From a virus (taxonomy: Duplodnaviria; Caudoviricetes): DNA of 39,652 bases. The notes under the pieces were generated by a model. The model saw only the letters and a list, made by a program, of their open reading frames with translations, did not search any database and was not told the origin of the DNA. How positions within the stretch are numbered: position 1 is the first letter of the stretch; each line of letters begins with the position of its first letter. The stretch is from IMG/VR virus record IMGVR_UViG_3300032233_001177, positions 1 to 39,652 of that record, one strand, 5' to 3'. The position numbers were made by a program, and so were the translations under genes. Positions 9,797 through 19,037 of the stretch are shown here, piece after piece.

Positions 9797-10834
9797 ATGT
9801 CACAAGATATTGAAACAATGTTCGAGAATAATTTACAAGAATCTGGTAACGTAGTAACCAAAGGTGCTAAACCAGCTGAGCGTTCCGAACTCAAGAACGA
9901 CGCAGAAGAAATCGGTGGTCCTGATAACAAGACCTACAAACCCGATGATACCGAGTCAATCGGTAAGAAAGTTGCAGCGAAAGTTAAGAAGGCTGCAGCA
10001 CCTTCTACAAAACCTTCAGGTGCTTCTGGCGATAAGCAAGATTCACTCAAGAAGAGCCCAACTTTCGAGGAGACTCAAGAAGATGGCGAAGTCATCGAAG
10101 AAGAAACCGAAGAAACTATTCAGTATTCCTTCGATGAGGACCTTGATGCTCTTGTATCTGGTTCAGACCTTACAGAAGAATTCAGAGACAAAGCAAAGCT
10201 AATCTTTGAAGCAGCAGTAAATGCAAAAATCAACGAAGAAGTTGCTAACCTCAATGAGGCATATGAAGCAGCATTCGAAGAAGCAGTTACTGAATTCAAA
10301 ACAGAAATGTCCGAGCAAATTGACTCGTACCTCACTTTTGTTGCAGAGAAGTGGGTTGCTGAGAATGCTCTCGCAATCGATAGCGGTATTAAGACCGAGA
10401 TTGCTGAGAACATCATGCTTGGACTCAAAAATCTCTTCCAGGAAAATCATCTTGACGTTCCTGAAGAGGAGTTCGATGTCGTCGCTGAGATGACCGAACA
10501 ACTAGACGTTATGGAATCGAAGCTCAATGAGCAAATCGACCTTAACGTTGAAATGCATAAGAAACTCGGTAATTATATTAAGAATGGGATTGTGAGCGAA
10601 GTTTCTGTTGGACTTGCTGAAACACAAAAGGATAAACTCCAGGGTCTATCTGAAGGTGTTGAGTTCATTAATGAGTCAGATTTTCGTGAGAAAATTGAAA
10701 CTCTCAAGGAGTCATATTTCACTAGAGCAGCTGCGCCTGCTGTAGAAGATGCTCCTGTAGAACAACCTGTATCTGGAGATGCAATGTCTCTATATTCTCA
10801 GGCTATTTCCCGTTGGTCCACTAGACAAGCTTGA
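9797..10834 (+). CDS. gp22: Prohead core scaffolding protein
   Basis: Acidic coiled coil, KAKLIFEAAV, LKESYF; lies between gp21 and gp23. Confidence 0.93.
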   Translation: MSQDIETMFENNLQESGNVVTKGAKPAERSELKNDAEEIGGPDNKTYKPDDTESIGKKVAAKVKKAAAPSTKPSGASGDKQDSLKKSPTFEETQEDGEVIEEETEETIQYSFDEDLDALVSGSDLTEEFRDKAKLIFEAAVNAKINEEVANLNEAYEAAFEEAVTEFKTEMSEQIDSYLTFVAEKWVAENALAIDSGIKTEIAENIMLGLKNLFQENHLDVPEEEFDVVAEMTEQLDVMESKLNEQIDLNVEMHKKLGNYIKNGIVSEVSVGLAETQKDKLQGLSEGVEFINESDFREKIETLKESYFTRAAAPAVEDAPVEQPVSGDAMSLYSQAISRWSTRQA

Positions 10835-10839
10835 TTTAC

Positions 10840-10845
10840 TAAATA
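10840..10845 (+). promoter_or_regulatory. Late promoter (gp23)
   Basis: CTAAATA in the gp22-gp23 gap. Confidence 0.75.
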
Positions 10846-10900
10846 ATTAAGCATTTGTTATAAACACAAAAAAAACAAACTCACTTTAAGGAGAAAAGCA

Positions 10901-12265
10901 ATGTTCATGTCAGAACAATTGCAGAATAAGTGGGCACCCATTCTTGAACATAATGACCTTGAGCCAATCAAGGATTCCTACAAGAAGGCTGTCACTTCAG
11001 TTCTGCTAGAAAACCAAGAATCATTCTTACGCCAAGAGCGTATGCTTACAGAAACCGCACCTACTAACTCAGTTGGTACTGGCGGTTACGCTACTGCAGG
11101 CGATGCAGGCGGTCCAGTTGCTGGTTTCGACCCAGTTCTAATCAGCCTCATCCGTCGTTCAATGCCTAAGCTTATTGCTTATGACGTTTGCGGCGTACAA
11201 CCAATGACAGGTCCTACTGGACTTATCTTCGCAATGCGTTCAACCTTTGCTACTCGTACTTCTAACTCTGGCGATTGGTCAGGTCGTGAAGCATTCTATA
11301 ACGAACCAAATTCGGAGTATTCATCTGAGAACGCTGCTAATAGCCTCGCTTCAAACACTCAGACTGGTACAAACCCATCACTTCTAAATGATGGTGGCAC
11401 CTACACCATTGGTGGTCAGGGCATGACAACCTCACAGTCTGAAGACCTCGGTACTTCTTCAGGTGGTCAGTTTGCTGAAATGGGATTCTCAATCGAGAAA
11501 GTTACCGTTACTGCAAAGTCACGCGCACTCAAGGCTGAGTACTCACTAGAACTCGCACAAGACCTCAAGGCTATCCATGGTCTTGATGCTGAGACCGAAC
11601 TAGCAAACATCCTCTCAACAGAGGTTCTTGCTGAAATCAACCGTGAAGTTGTTCGTACAATCTACAAGATTGCTAAGCCTGGTGCTCAGAACAACGTTGC
11701 GACCACTGGTACTTTTGACCTTGACGTTGACTCCAACGGTCGTTGGTCAGTTGAGAAGTTCAAAGGACTTCTATTCCAGATTGAGCGTGATGCTAACGCT
11801 ATCGGTCAACAGACTCGTCGTGGCAAGGGTAACTTCATCATCTGCTCTGCAGACGTTGCAAGTGCTCTCGGCATGGCTGGTGTTCTTGACTACACCCCTG
11901 GTCTTGCTGGTAACAACGGTCTTACTGGTGTTGATGATACTTCTTCAACCCTAGTTGGTACTCTCAACGGTCGTATTAAGGTCTATGTTGACCCATATTC
12001 GGCTAACGTTGCTGACAACCACTTCTATGTAATGGGTTATAAGGGTTCTTCCCCTTATGATGCTGGTCTCTTCTACTGCCCATACGTTCCTCTCCAGATG
12101 GTTCGTGCAGTTGGACAAGATACCTTCCAACCAAAAATCGGCTTCAAGACTCGTTACGGAATGGTTGCAAACCCATTCGCTGAAGGTTCTACCGCTGGTC
12201 TTGGTGCTCTTACCTCTAACGCTAACGTCTACTACAGACGTGTTAAGGTTGCAAACCTCATGTGA
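10901..12265 (+). CDS. gp23: Major capsid protein
   Basis: GVQPMTGPTGLIFAMR, ELAQDLKAIHGLDAE.EL, FYCPYVPL, FQPKIGFKTRYG. Confidence 0.98.
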   Translation: MFMSEQLQNKWAPILEHNDLEPIKDSYKKAVTSVLLENQESFLRQERMLTETAPTNSVGTGGYATAGDAGGPVAGFDPVLISLIRRSMPKLIAYDVCGVQPMTGPTGLIFAMRSTFATRTSNSGDWSGREAFYNEPNSEYSSENAANSLASNTQTGTNPSLLNDGGTYTIGGQGMTTSQSEDLGTSSGGQFAEMGFSIEKVTVTAKSRALKAEYSLELAQDLKAIHGLDAETELANILSTEVLAEINREVVRTIYKIAKPGAQNNVATTGTFDLDVDSNGRWSVEKFKGLLFQIERDANAIGQQTRRGKGNFIICSADVASALGMAGVLDYTPGLAGNNGLTGVDDTSSTLVGTLNGRIKVYVDPYSANVADNHFYVMGYKGSSPYDAGLFYCPYVPLQMVRAVGQDTFQPKIGFKTRYGMVANPFAEGSTAGLGALTSNANVYYRRVKVANLM

Positions 12266-12282
12266 GTCTCTCTCACATTTTC

Positions 12283-12307
12283 AAGGACCCTTCGGGGTCC
12301 TTTTTTT
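12283..12307 (+). terminator. Intrinsic terminator after gp23
   Basis: AAGGACCC-TTCG-GGGTCCTT (C-UUCG-G tetraloop) followed by T run. Confidence 0.93.
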
Positions 12308-12341
12308 ATGCCAATAAATAGTAATAGCTTGGGAAGTTGAC

Positions 12342-12917
12342 ATGACCGCCAATTGGTACGAACAACAATTAAAAAATAATAATTATTTGTCGCCAATAGG
12401 TTTCAAATTCTTTTTAGAAAAGTCACCTAAGGCATCGTTCCTTTGTCAAACTGCAAATATTCCAGAACTAACTCTAGGAACACCAGAAATTGCAACGCCA
12501 TTCATTCCATTTCCAATTGAAGGAAATTTAAGATATGGTTCATTTGCTATCAAATTTCTAGTAGATGAGGATTTGCAAAATTACTTAGAATTACACAATT
12601 GGATGAGAGCATTGGGTGTCCCAGACGGATACCTAGAAAGAAGAACTTTTGAAGATGCAGTTAAGTTAGGACCACAATCTTCAAATACAAGAAATTTATT
12701 TAGTGATGGCACTCTTCAAATTTTGAATAATAATTTTAATTTTAATTTTGAAATTGTTTTTCAAGACTTAATTCCAACATCTTTATCAACTTTAGATTTT
12801 GATGTTACAGAATCAGACAACAATTTTCTAACTGCCACGGCTATATTTGCTTATACAATTTACGAAATTAGAAATTCCAAAGGAGAACGAATTGAAGTAA
12901 GTTCTTGGAACCCATGA
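12342..12917 (+). CDS. gp3: Tail completion / tube terminator protein
   Basis: NYLSPIGF.F, FLVDEDL.NY.E.HNW; syntenic after gp23; late promoter 12315-12320. Confidence 0.88.
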   Translation: MTANWYEQQLKNNNYLSPIGFKFFLEKSPKASFLCQTANIPELTLGTPEIATPFIPFPIEGNLRYGSFAIKFLVDEDLQNYLELHNWMRALGVPDGYLERRTFEDAVKLGPQSSNTRNLFSDGTLQILNNNFNFNFEIVFQDLIPTSLSTLDFDVTESDNNFLTATAIFAYTIYEIRNSKGERIEVSSWNP

Positions 12918-12923
12918 TATAAT
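12915..12923 (+). promoter_or_regulatory. Extended -10 sigma70-type promoter for uvsY
   Basis: TGATATAAT about 20 nt upstream of the uvsY ATG. Confidence 0.5.
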
Positions 12924-12943
12924 GTGATTAACTGAGGTATATT

Positions 12944-13372
12944 ATGAACATCGAACAAATCCAAGAGATGTGGAAGAAGGATTCTGAAATGGACCAAGAC
13001 CTTCTCTGCGAAGAGTCTCTTCGTATTCCAAATCTTCACATGAAATATTTTGAATTGTATAACACTTTCAATCTAATGAAGAAAGAAAATGAGTATAAAC
13101 TCAAGACATTAATTAGAGATAAGTGGAAATACTATAAGGGTAAAGCACCAAAAGAAATCTACAAAGATATTCCATTTGACCTCAAACTTACCACTAAGGA
13201 TGAGGTTGAAATGTTTTTGGATGCCGATGAGGATATTCAAAAGGCACAGTACAAAATAGACTACATAGAACAGATACTCACCTACCTTGATAGTATTTTA
13301 AAGATGGTAAGTAATCGTTCCTACCAAATCAAGAATGCAATCGAGTGGGAAAGATTCAAATCGGGAGTGTAA
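12944..13372 (+). CDS. uvsY: Recombination mediator UvsY
   Basis: MWKKDSEMD, LH.KY, YY.GKA, R.YQIKNAIEW. Confidence 0.92.
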   Translation: MNIEQIQEMWKKDSEMDQDLLCEESLRIPNLHMKYFELYNTFNLMKKENEYKLKTLIRDKWKYYKGKAPKEIYKDIPFDLKLTTKDEVEMFLDADEDIQKAQYKIDYIEQILTYLDSILKMVSNRSYQIKNAIEWERFKSGV

Positions 13373-13378
13373 TTTTTA

Positions 13379-14854
13379 ATGGATTTAAAGATTCGTAAGA
13401 AGAACGAAGTTTATCTCAAGGTTGAAGCAGAACCACATATTAATGTTGAATTGGCGGAATACTTTACATTCGAAGTACCTAATGCTAAGTTCATGCCTCA
13501 ATTTCGCAATAAAGTGTGGGATGGAAAAATTAGATTATACTCTCCAGGTACAGGAGAACTATATGCTGGTCTGATTGAATATTTGGAAGAATGGTGTAAT
13601 GAAAGAGGATATACCTATGAGCACCAAAGTTGTAAATTTTATGGACACCCACATGAAATTAATGAATTGGTGTCACCAGAGGCTATTGTATCTTTTGTAA
13701 AATCTTTAAATGTTCCACATAAGGTAAGAGATTATCAATATAGAGCAATTTATGAAGCACTGAAGTATAACCGCAGATTGTTGTTGTCACCAACAGCATC
13801 AGGTAAATCTTTGATGATTTACTCTATTCTTAGATACCATGTGAATGCAGGTAGGAAAATTCTCCTCGTTGTTCCTACTACATCACTGGTTGAACAGATG
13901 TACAAGGACTTTGAAGATTACGGTTGGAATGCTTCTGCACACTGCCACAAAATCTATGCGGGTAGAGAAAAGTATGGCATCGATTCAGATGTGGTTATTA
14001 CTACTTGGCAGTCCATCTACAAAGAAGATAAAAAGTGGTTCAATGGTTTTGATACTGTCATCGTTGATGAGGCTCACTTAGCAAAAGCAAAGTCTCTCAC
14101 TGGTATCATGACTAAGTTACATGATTGTAAGTATCGTATTGGTTTCACAGGAACTCTTGATGGAAGTCACACAAACAAGTTAGTTCTGGAAGGTATCTTC
14201 GGTAAGTGCAATCAGGTTACTAAAACTAATGACCTCATGAAAGAAGGTCATTTGAGTAAGTTAAAAATTAAAGTTCTTTTACTCAAACACAAATTTACTA
14301 AGTTTAATTCATATCAGGAAGAGATAGATTACATTATCTCACATCCTGGAAGGAATAAATTAATTCGTAACTTGTGTCGAGATATGAGTGGAAATACCCT
14401 AGTACTCTTCTCTTATGTCGAAAAGCACGGAGAGGTTTTATATGACCTCATAAATAATAAGGTAGGAGACACCAGAAAAATTTTCTTCATTCATGGTGGT
14501 GTTGATACAGAGGAGAGGGAATCAGCTAGACAAATCTGCGAACAAGAATCCGATGCAATCATTATTGCTTCTTACGGAACTTTTTCTACTGGTATCAACA
14601 TTCGAAATCTACATAATGTCATCTTTGCTTCACCCTCTAAATCAAGAGTAAGGAACCTCCAATCAATTGGAAGAGTTCTGAGAAAAGGAGAAAATAAAAA
14701 TCAAGCAACTCTATATGACATTGCTGATGATATATCAAACAACAATCTGAAAAACTTCACATTGAATCATTTAGTTGAAAGAGTTAAAATTTACAATGAA
14801 GAAAAATTTGATTATGAAATTATAGAAGTTAAACTTAAAGATTCCTATGATTAA
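13379..14854 (+). CDS. uvsW: SF2 DNA helicase UvsW
   Basis: SPTASGKS, DEAH, TGT, QSIGRVLR. Confidence 0.96.
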   Translation: MDLKIRKKNEVYLKVEAEPHINVELAEYFTFEVPNAKFMPQFRNKVWDGKIRLYSPGTGELYAGLIEYLEEWCNERGYTYEHQSCKFYGHPHEINELVSPEAIVSFVKSLNVPHKVRDYQYRAIYEALKYNRRLLLSPTASGKSLMIYSILRYHVNAGRKILLVVPTTSLVEQMYKDFEDYGWNASAHCHKIYAGREKYGIDSDVVITTWQSIYKEDKKWFNGFDTVIVDEAHLAKAKSLTGIMTKLHDCKYRIGFTGTLDGSHTNKLVLEGIFGKCNQVTKTNDLMKEGHLSKLKIKVLLLKHKFTKFNSYQEEIDYIISHPGRNKLIRNLCRDMSGNTLVLFSYVEKHGEVLYDLINNKVGDTRKIFFIHGGVDTEERESARQICEQESDAIIIASYGTFSTGINIRNLHNVIFASPSKSRVRNLQSIGRVLRKGENKNQATLYDIADDISNNNLKNFTLNHLVERVKIYNEEKFDYEIIEVKLKDSYD

Positions 14855-15275
14855 CTACATTAGACATGACGAAGAATATTATTTTTTAGTAAAATTAGTT
14901 TCTGGCGAACAAATCGTTGGAAAAGGTTTTGCTGTCGAAGACGAAGGAAAGACTCAACTGTTTATTTCAGACCCAGTAGAAATTGAAATCGTAACTAAAA
15001 ATCTTGGAAAGAACTCCGTCAAAGGAGTTGGCATGAATAAGTGGATTCAATTCTCTGAAGAAGACTTCTTTATTGTAAACGAAAAAGATATTATTACTGT
15101 TGCTGGACTATCCCAGGAAATGATTGTCATGTATGAAATGTTTCTAAAAAAATCATCCCCAGACAAAGATGTTAAGGATGAAGAAAAAGAAGTTGAATTA
15201 GATTCAGATATGGGACTACTGAGTAAAGTGTCAGAAGCAAGGAAATTATTAGAAAAGATATTTAAAGAAAGCTAA
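14847..15275 (+). CDS. Conserved hypothetical protein, putative Sm-like fold
   Basis: VKLVSGEQIVG motif shared with ORFs at 24267 and 31000; usual cyanophage position between uvsW and gp55. Confidence 0.7.
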   Translation: MINYIRHDEEYYFLVKLVSGEQIVGKGFAVEDEGKTQLFISDPVEIEIVTKNLGKNSVKGVGMNKWIQFSEEDFFIVNEKDIITVAGLSQEMIVMYEMFLKKSSPDKDVKDEEKEVELDSDMGLLSKVSEARKLLEKIFKES

Positions 15276-15301
15276 TATTAATCTTGAACCCTGACAGAGT
15301 T

Positions 15302-15330
15302 ATTATAGACAGATTTCGAACATCTGTCAA
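15302..15330 (-). promoter_or_regulatory. Perfect-consensus sigma70 promoter, antisense orientation
   Basis: Minus strand reads TTGACA-GATGTTCGAAATCTGTC(17)-TATAAT. Confidence 0.8.
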
Positions 15331-15352
15331 GCCTTGTTGTATTTCGCAAAGC

Positions 15353-15381
15353 TTGACAGATTTTTTAATTTGATGTATACT
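15353..15381 (+). promoter_or_regulatory. Sigma70-type early promoter for gp55
   Basis: TTGACA-17 nt-TATACT with TG extension. Confidence 0.85.
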
Positions 15382-15403
15382 TAACCAAACTAAAGAAACC
15401 GTA

Positions 15404-15871
15404 ATGGCCGAAAAGAAAAAGCAACACTATCTAGACAATAAAGAGTTTTTAATTGCTCTTATGGAATATAAAAAAAGTGTTGCAATCGCCAAGGAAAATG
15501 GTTCACCCAAGCCTAGAGTCAATAATTATATTGGCGGATGCTTCCTCAAGATTGCAACTCACCTATCATACAGACCAAATTTCATCAATTACATGTACAA
15601 GGATGACATGATTTGTGATGGAATAGAAAATTGTATCCAATATGTGGATAACTTTGACCCAGCAAAATCAAGTAATCCATTTGCATATTTCACTCAAATT
15701 GTTTACTTTGCTTTCCTAAGACGTATTGCTAAAGAAAAACGTCAAATGGATATCAAAGATAAACTGATAGAAAAATCTGGATTTGAAGAAGTATTTACAT
15801 CTGATGGTTCGGATGATAATAATTCATACAATCAAATTAAATCTACTATTTTGTATGGTTCGAGGTATTGA
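15404..15871 (+). CDS. gp55: Late-transcription sigma factor
   Basis: HYLDNKEF, RPNF.NY.YKDDMI.DG.EN, NPFAYFTQI...AF.RRI.KEK. Confidence 0.96.
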   Translation: MAEKKKQHYLDNKEFLIALMEYKKSVAIAKENGSPKPRVNNYIGGCFLKIATHLSYRPNFINYMYKDDMICDGIENCIQYVDNFDPAKSSNPFAYFTQIVYFAFLRRIAKEKRQMDIKDKLIEKSGFEEVFTSDGSDDNNSYNQIKSTILYGSRY

Positions 15872-15872
15872 T

Positions 15873-16919
15873 ATGAAAGTACTTTTGATTACTGACCAAC
15901 ACTTTGGTGTTAGAAATGATTCTCAAATTTATGTAAGTTACTATCAAAAGTTTTATAATAATGTTGTTATTCCATTTATACAAAAATCAAAAATAAAAAA
16001 CGTCATTTGTCTAGGTGATACATTTGATAGGAGAAAATCTATCAATTTCAATTCTCTAGATGCTGCAAAAGAAATGTGGTTTCAACCACTGGCAGATATG
16101 GGTGTGAAAATGACTATGTTAGTTGGCAATCATGACATCTACTATAAAAACACTTTACGAGTTAATGCCCCATCTCTCCTCTTGGGAGAGTATACAAACA
16201 TTTCGATTGTTGATGGCCCTACTGAATTCAATGTTGGTGATTTGTCTGTACTTGGCATCCCTTGGATATGTGATGAGAATAGACTCAGAACTGATGAACT
16301 TCTGGAGAAATCTGTGTCTCCTATCTGCATGGGCCATCTTGAGTTTAACGGCTTTGAGGCTCACCCTGGACATGTAATGGAACATGGAATATCAATGGAA
16401 CCATTTAAAAAGTTTGAGAAAGTTCTATCGGGACATTTTCATTCTAAGTCGAATAAAGGTAACGTACATTATCTTGGAAATCCATACGAGTTGTATTGGA
16501 ATGATTATCAGTCAAAGCGTGGATTTCATATTCTAGATACTGAAACATTGGATTTAAAATTCTATCGTAATCCATATACGATGTTTCATAAAGAATTCTA
16601 TAATGACATTCAAAATGATTATAGTGAAGAAAGGGATTTATCTGAACTCTCTGGAAAGTATGTCAAACTGATTGTTGAACATAAAGAATCTCATACTCAG
16701 TTTGACAGAATGGTTAAAAGGATGTATGATGCAGGAGTATCAGAACTCAAAATTATTGAGGACCTTTCAGTTGAATTTGAGGGTGTGGATGATGACGTAG
16801 AAACCGAAGATACTCTAACTCTTCTTGAGAAATATATAGATGAGATAGAATATTCTGTGAGTAAAGACTCAATTAAAAATGTTGTTAAAACACTGTACTT
16901 AGAAGCATGTGAGGTCTAA
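15873..16919 (+). CDS. gp47: Recombination endonuclease subunit (Mre11/SbcD-like)
   Basis: TDQHFG, LGDTFD, GNHD, SGHFH; start moved to ATG 15873 after SD GAGG. Confidence 0.95.
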   Translation: MKVLLITDQHFGVRNDSQIYVSYYQKFYNNVVIPFIQKSKIKNVICLGDTFDRRKSINFNSLDAAKEMWFQPLADMGVKMTMLVGNHDIYYKNTLRVNAPSLLLGEYTNISIVDGPTEFNVGDLSVLGIPWICDENRLRTDELLEKSVSPICMGHLEFNGFEAHPGHVMEHGISMEPFKKFEKVLSGHFHSKSNKGNVHYLGNPYELYWNDYQSKRGFHILDTETLDLKFYRNPYTMFHKEFYNDIQNDYSEERDLSELSGKYVKLIVEHKESHTQFDRMVKRMYDAGVSELKIIEDLSVEFEGVDDDVETEDTLTLLEKYIDEIEYSVSKDSIKNVVKTLYLEACEV

Positions 16920-17170
16920 TGTATATCCTAGTCTCAAAAAACCATGGTGGAGTTTATGCTGTCCGTAATAAAGACGGATTGAGAACGGTCCAAATTTTTG
17001 AAGATGAAGATGATGCAATTCGATATCATGGTTTATTGCAAGCTGATAATTTTGACGAATCTCTAGAAGTTACAGAATGCGACCATGATGTTGTAATTCA
17101 AAGTTGTGAAAGTTTTGGTTATAACTACTGCTTTATTGAAATTGACGATATTGTAATTCCCCCATCATGA
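16919..17170 (+). CDS. Small conserved hypothetical protein (DUF3110-like)
   Basis: GVYAV...FEDEDDA.RY..LL.A; coupled to gp47 and gp46 by overlaps. Confidence 0.7.
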   Translation: MYILVSKNHGGVYAVRNKDGLRTVQIFEDEDDAIRYHGLLQADNFDESLEVTECDHDVVIQSCESFGYNYCFIEIDDIVIPPS

Positions 17171-18894
17171 TTACTTTTAATACTATTAAGTGGAAAAATT
17201 TCCTCTCTACTGGAAATCAATTCACTGAAATTGAATTGGATACCAAACCATCGACATTAATCCAGGGTACTAATGGTGCAGGCAAATCAACTTTGCTTGA
17301 TGCAATTTGCTTTGCCTTATTCAATAAACCATTTCGTAAAATTAACAAACCACAACTCGTCAATTCAATTAACGAGAAGGATTGTGTTGTTCAAATTGAA
17401 TTTACCATTGGTGGGGTTGTTTGGGATGTTGTTCGTGGTATCAAACCAAATAAATTTGAAATTTATCGAAACGATGTTTTGGTAGACCAAGTTGCTGCAA
17501 ATACTGACCAGCAAAAGTGGTTAGAGCAAAATGTTCTGAAGATGAACTTCAAGAGTTTTACTCAGGTTGTTATTCTTGGTTCCTCCACATTTGTTCCTTT
17601 CATGCAGTTAACTCCTGCATATCGTAGGGAAGTTATTGAAGATATTCTTGATATTCAAATTTTCTCTACGATGAATGTTCTTCTTAAGGATAGAATTCGT
17701 CAAGTTTTGGAACAACAAAAGGAATGTGGATATGAATTAAAATCTGCAGAATCAAAAGTTAATATGCAAAAGGAGCATATTCGGAATTCGCAAATGTCGA
17801 ATGATGGTGAAATTGCAATTAAACAACAGCAGTTGGATGTAACAGAAGAGGAAATTTTTGCCCTCAAAAAACAAATTACTATATTTGAAACTGCAAATTT
17901 AGATTTGCAAATTGAAATTGATACTAGTGAATCTACAAAAACTCAGGTTACTAAATTAGATTCTCTTCGTCATAAAATCTTACATAACAAAAAAGCAGTA
18001 GATAAAGAACTTCAATTCTTTTCTGGTAATGATAATTGTCCAGTCTGCACTCAAGAAATTGAAAAGATATTTAAACAAGATAAAGTAACTGACCTTCAAG
18101 GTAAGAGCTTAGAGTTTACAATTGGATTGGAGAAACTGGAATCTCAACTTACAAAAGCGAATGAAAAATATGAAACACTTCGTTTAAGACAAGAACAACT
18201 GCAATTAAATTATTCCGAAATTAAATCCTTGCAACAGCAAGTTAGGATGAAAGAGGAGTATTCAATGACTCTTGTTTCTGAAGTTACTCGTCTTTGCGAA
18301 TCACCTGATATTGCTAGACTTCAAGGACAACTAGATGTTTATCTTTCTGAACTTACTGAAATTGAAGAGAAGTGTGGAAATGTTTCTAAGAAAAAAGATG
18401 AGTATGAAATTGTTGCTAATCTTTTGAAAGATAGTGGCATCAAAGCAAGAGTAATTAAGAAGTACATCCCTGTCATCAACAAGCTTATTAACAAGTACTT
18501 GACAAGCATGGATTTCTATGTTAACTTTACTCTTGATGAAGAGTTTGATGAGGTCATTAAGTCCCGTTATAGAGATGAGTTTTCCTATGCTTCATTCTCA
18601 GAGGGAGAAAAACAAAAGATTGATTTGGCTCTTCTCTTCACTTGGAGGGAGATTGCTAGAATGAAAAGTAGTGTTAGCACCAATCTTTTAATTCTAGATG
18701 AAGTGTTTGACAGTTCCTTGGATGCCTCTGGAACTGAAGAATTGCTCAAAATTCTTAAGAACCTTGATAGTTCTACGAATACGTTCGTAATCTCCCATAA
18801 GGGTGAAATTCTTACAGATAGGTTCATACATAATATCAAGTTCGATAAAATTTCGGACTTCAGCAAGATTGTTGAACAATCTGCGGGGGATTAG
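17167..18894 (+). CDS. gp46: Recombination ATPase subunit (Rad50/SbcC-like)
   Basis: G.NGAGKST, CPVC zinc hook, FSEGEK, LILDEVFDSSLD. Confidence 0.96.
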   Translation: MITFNTIKWKNFLSTGNQFTEIELDTKPSTLIQGTNGAGKSTLLDAICFALFNKPFRKINKPQLVNSINEKDCVVQIEFTIGGVVWDVVRGIKPNKFEIYRNDVLVDQVAANTDQQKWLEQNVLKMNFKSFTQVVILGSSTFVPFMQLTPAYRREVIEDILDIQIFSTMNVLLKDRIRQVLEQQKECGYELKSAESKVNMQKEHIRNSQMSNDGEIAIKQQQLDVTEEEIFALKKQITIFETANLDLQIEIDTSESTKTQVTKLDSLRHKILHNKKAVDKELQFFSGNDNCPVCTQEIEKIFKQDKVTDLQGKSLEFTIGLEKLESQLTKANEKYETLRLRQEQLQLNYSEIKSLQQQVRMKEEYSMTLVSEVTRLCESPDIARLQGQLDVYLSELTEIEEKCGNVSKKKDEYEIVANLLKDSGIKARVIKKYIPVINKLINKYLTSMDFYVNFTLDEEFDEVIKSRYRDEFSYASFSEGEKQKIDLALLFTWREIARMKSSVSTNLLILDEVFDSSLDASGTEELLKILKNLDSSTNTFVISHKGEILTDRFIHNIKFDKISDFSKIVEQSAGD

Positions 18895-18957
18895 CTCAGT
18901 TGGTAGAGCGCCTGCTTTGCAAGCAGGATGTCAGCGGTTCGAGTCCGCTATTCTCCA
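18885..18957 (+). tRNA. trnA: tRNA-Ala(TGC), CCA not encoded
   Basis: GGGGGAT/ATTCTCC acceptor with G3:U70, D arm GCTC/GAGC, anticodon arm CCTGC-TTTGCAA-GCAGG, T arm AGCGG-TTCGAGT-CCGCT. Confidence 0.96.
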
Positions 18958-18986
18958 TTCATAAGCAATGCTTATCGGTCAACCCC

Positions 18987-19015
18987 TTGACCTCTGCTTT
19001 GTCATGCCCTATATT
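18987..19015 (+). promoter_or_regulatory. Sigma70-type early promoter
   Basis: TTGACC-17 nt-TATATT; -35 is one arm of the GGTCAA-CCCC-TTGACC inverted repeat. Confidence 0.75.
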
Positions 19016-19037
19016 AGGTACATACGAAACGAGGTCA

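Noticed and set aside
15783-15872. N-terminal extension of gp47
   Set aside because: Overlaps gp55; the conserved N-terminus and SD point to ATG 15873
18885-18957. tRNA as an attP integration site
   Set aside because: No integrase or direct repeat in the window, and T4-like phages are lytic
18900-19037. Track start of the 740-aa ORF
   Set aside because: This stretch is the tRNA-Ala and an early promoter read in frame; the real start is ATG 19038
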